This document shows positions 62,501-64,000 of a stretch of 64,000 nucleotides of DNA, in pieces (within the stretch, counting starts at the first letter, position 1; each line of letters opens with the position of its first letter). The position numbers were made by a program, and so were the translations under genes. Origin of the DNA: Neoechinorhynchus agilis (lineage: Eukaryota; Animalia; Acanthocephala); contig CM121342.1 in NCBI GenBank assembly GCA_051530055.1, forward strand, positions 13,283,480 to 13,347,479. Direction: 5' to 3'. The notes beneath the pieces are model-generated. The model had not been told where the DNA came from and searched no databases. It saw only the letters and a list, made by a program, of their open reading frames with translations.

Positions 62501-64000
62501 AGGCGGCTCAAACCAATTCCCTAAAGTTCCCCTTTCCTTGAAGCATCGAAAACTCGTGTAGATAATTCAAACAACCATTGATTCATTTTCTATCTGCGAT
62601 AAACCCGGCTGGCCGGGGATGGCTGATGAAGTTGTAGCACTGATATTTAACATTTCCCGAAATCCACTCACTGAAAATAAACGACTTGTATGTGATTGTC
62701 TTCACCATCTAAAGCAACGGTATCGATCATCGTCTCAAAAATCAAGTCAGAATGGTTCTCACAACGCTGCTTTGCCAAAGCAACAAATTCTGAATTTTAC
62801 TTCACTTTGCGGCTCGGTGGCTCAGCATTTCATGCAATTTATGAATACGGAGCTTTGCAATGACTTGAAAGATGCCGATGCTGTGTGTAAAATTCTAAAG
62901 TTCGATCGACATGAACTAGATTTGGACGACACTCTGAGTACAAGTTTGAACGCAAGTAGGCTTCGACGGTCGACAAAAGCGACACACGAATACGAAGCAC
63001 CGGATGAACTGGAAAGTTTGTTTATTGAAGAAATTCAAAATAATCATGCGCTGAAACCTGGATCCCTACTTCAAATGTGTGCTGAAGTGACACGTAAGCT
63101 CGTGATGCACTCGCAGGATTACTCCAATCACAGCATCGAAGCCGCAGCTGCATGTGCTCTTGGTCGATTCATGATCATTTCAGACCAATATTGTGAAGAA
63201 AATATGACACTCCTAATTTCGAAACTTACTCACGTCTCAAGTCCTTTAGTTAAGCAGTGTATGCTGACGATTCTTTGTGATGTCCTCATAAAGCATCCCA
63301 ACGAGATCAGCCGATGGGCCAATATTATATTCGGATTTCTGCAAGATCCAGTTTTCCAAGTTCGACTCGCCGCACTTAGGTGTGTCTGCCGACTAATCCT
63401 TAAAGAAATGGTAAAACTTAAAGGATTCTTAGCGCAGGTCGTCAACTGTCTTGTTGATTCCAATCAAGAAGTGAAAGAAATCGCAGAGTTCTTCTTTGGC
63501 GAACTTTCTATGGAGCAGTGATTCGCTGAAAGCACCTTCACGGGGAAACGTCTTTTGTTTACTCTTCGAATAAAACTTTCCCTGTAGGGCGTTAGACTAA
63601 ATTCCTTAACTCTAGCTGCAAAACCATTAGTGTTAATCCCCGAATCGCTGCCATAAACGCGACAATGGAGAGAAAATTCACGCCCTTCTACCCGATATTA
63701 TCACAAATCTATCGAAGATTACCCATTCTGAAGAAGGAAAGGACGACCTTAGCGAGGACTTTAAATCATGCATGAAGTTTCTGATTTGCAATTTCTGCTG
63801 TAAAAAGGATAAACATTGCGAGAGTACAATCGATCGGTTATGTCAGCGAATTAACGGGAATACTGATCTACTCGATTGCCGCAATACAGCTTACTGTATT
63901 TCACTAGTGCGTCCGACCGAAATGAGTATTCGAAGAATGATTCAGAATTTTGGTTTTTATAAAGTTAAACTATCAGATGATATAATCTACACTTACATGC
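59552..64000 (+). CDS. NCAPD2: Condensin I subunit 1 (CAP-D2), multi-exon, continues past the window end
   Basis: DRVRDTNAFTRNAAL, DASNLVRRCAL, NPF, AAACALGRFMIIS..CEEN, DLLI-type DVLIKHPN, LILKEMVKLKG, LLPDII, KDKHCESTIDRLCQR. Confidence 0.93.

Noticed and set aside
62559-62561. Apparent in-frame TAG in NCAPD2 (readthrough or recoding?)
   Set aside because: It can serve as the AG acceptor of a canonical 36-nt intron (from AAA|GTTCCC) or of a longer intron from about 62421. All three stop codons terminate other genes here.
63515-63672. Phase mismatch at the NCAPD2 junction ELSMEQ / KIHALLPD
   Set aside because: Canonical solutions via a short intermediate exon exist, or a single-G indel explains it. 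Undecidable without cDNA.
1-64000. CRISPR arrays, rRNA, bona fide tRNA genes, prokaryotic operons
   Set aside because: None seen; the window is intron-containing eukaryotic DNA.

Overview
AT-rich, gene-dense eukaryotic DNA with mostly 35-60 nt GT-AG introns, consistent with a compact-genome invertebrate animal (taxon not assignable from sequence alone). Recognisable genes: PMP3/UPF0057, DIP2, a dynein-light-chain-domain protein, three myristoylatable NCS/recoverin-type Ca2+ sensors plus two small EF-hand proteins, two tandem trypsin-like proteases, RABGGTB, ARPC3 (absent from the ORF track because of short exons), an Ig/FN3 membrane protein, ATG10, an aerolysin/ETX-MTX2-like protein, a multi-Tudor protein and NCAPD2 (runs off the window end). 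Intergenic DNA holds decayed Penelope-like (PLE), CRE, CR1/L2-type and hAT-like elements and a 34-bp minisatellite. The most striking signal is at least six short DNA palindromes, from about five unrelated sequence families, whose arms carry minimal type-I hammerhead ribozyme (HHR) motifs or their remnants and always read outward from the centre. Several solo HHRs also occur. The intact motifs share one variant core (CUGANGA-N-stemII-GAAA-UA-U-U/C). One palindrome is sequence-linked to the 3' region of a GIY-YIG Penelope element in the same window. All folding and homology calls were made by eye; no searches or folding programs were run.
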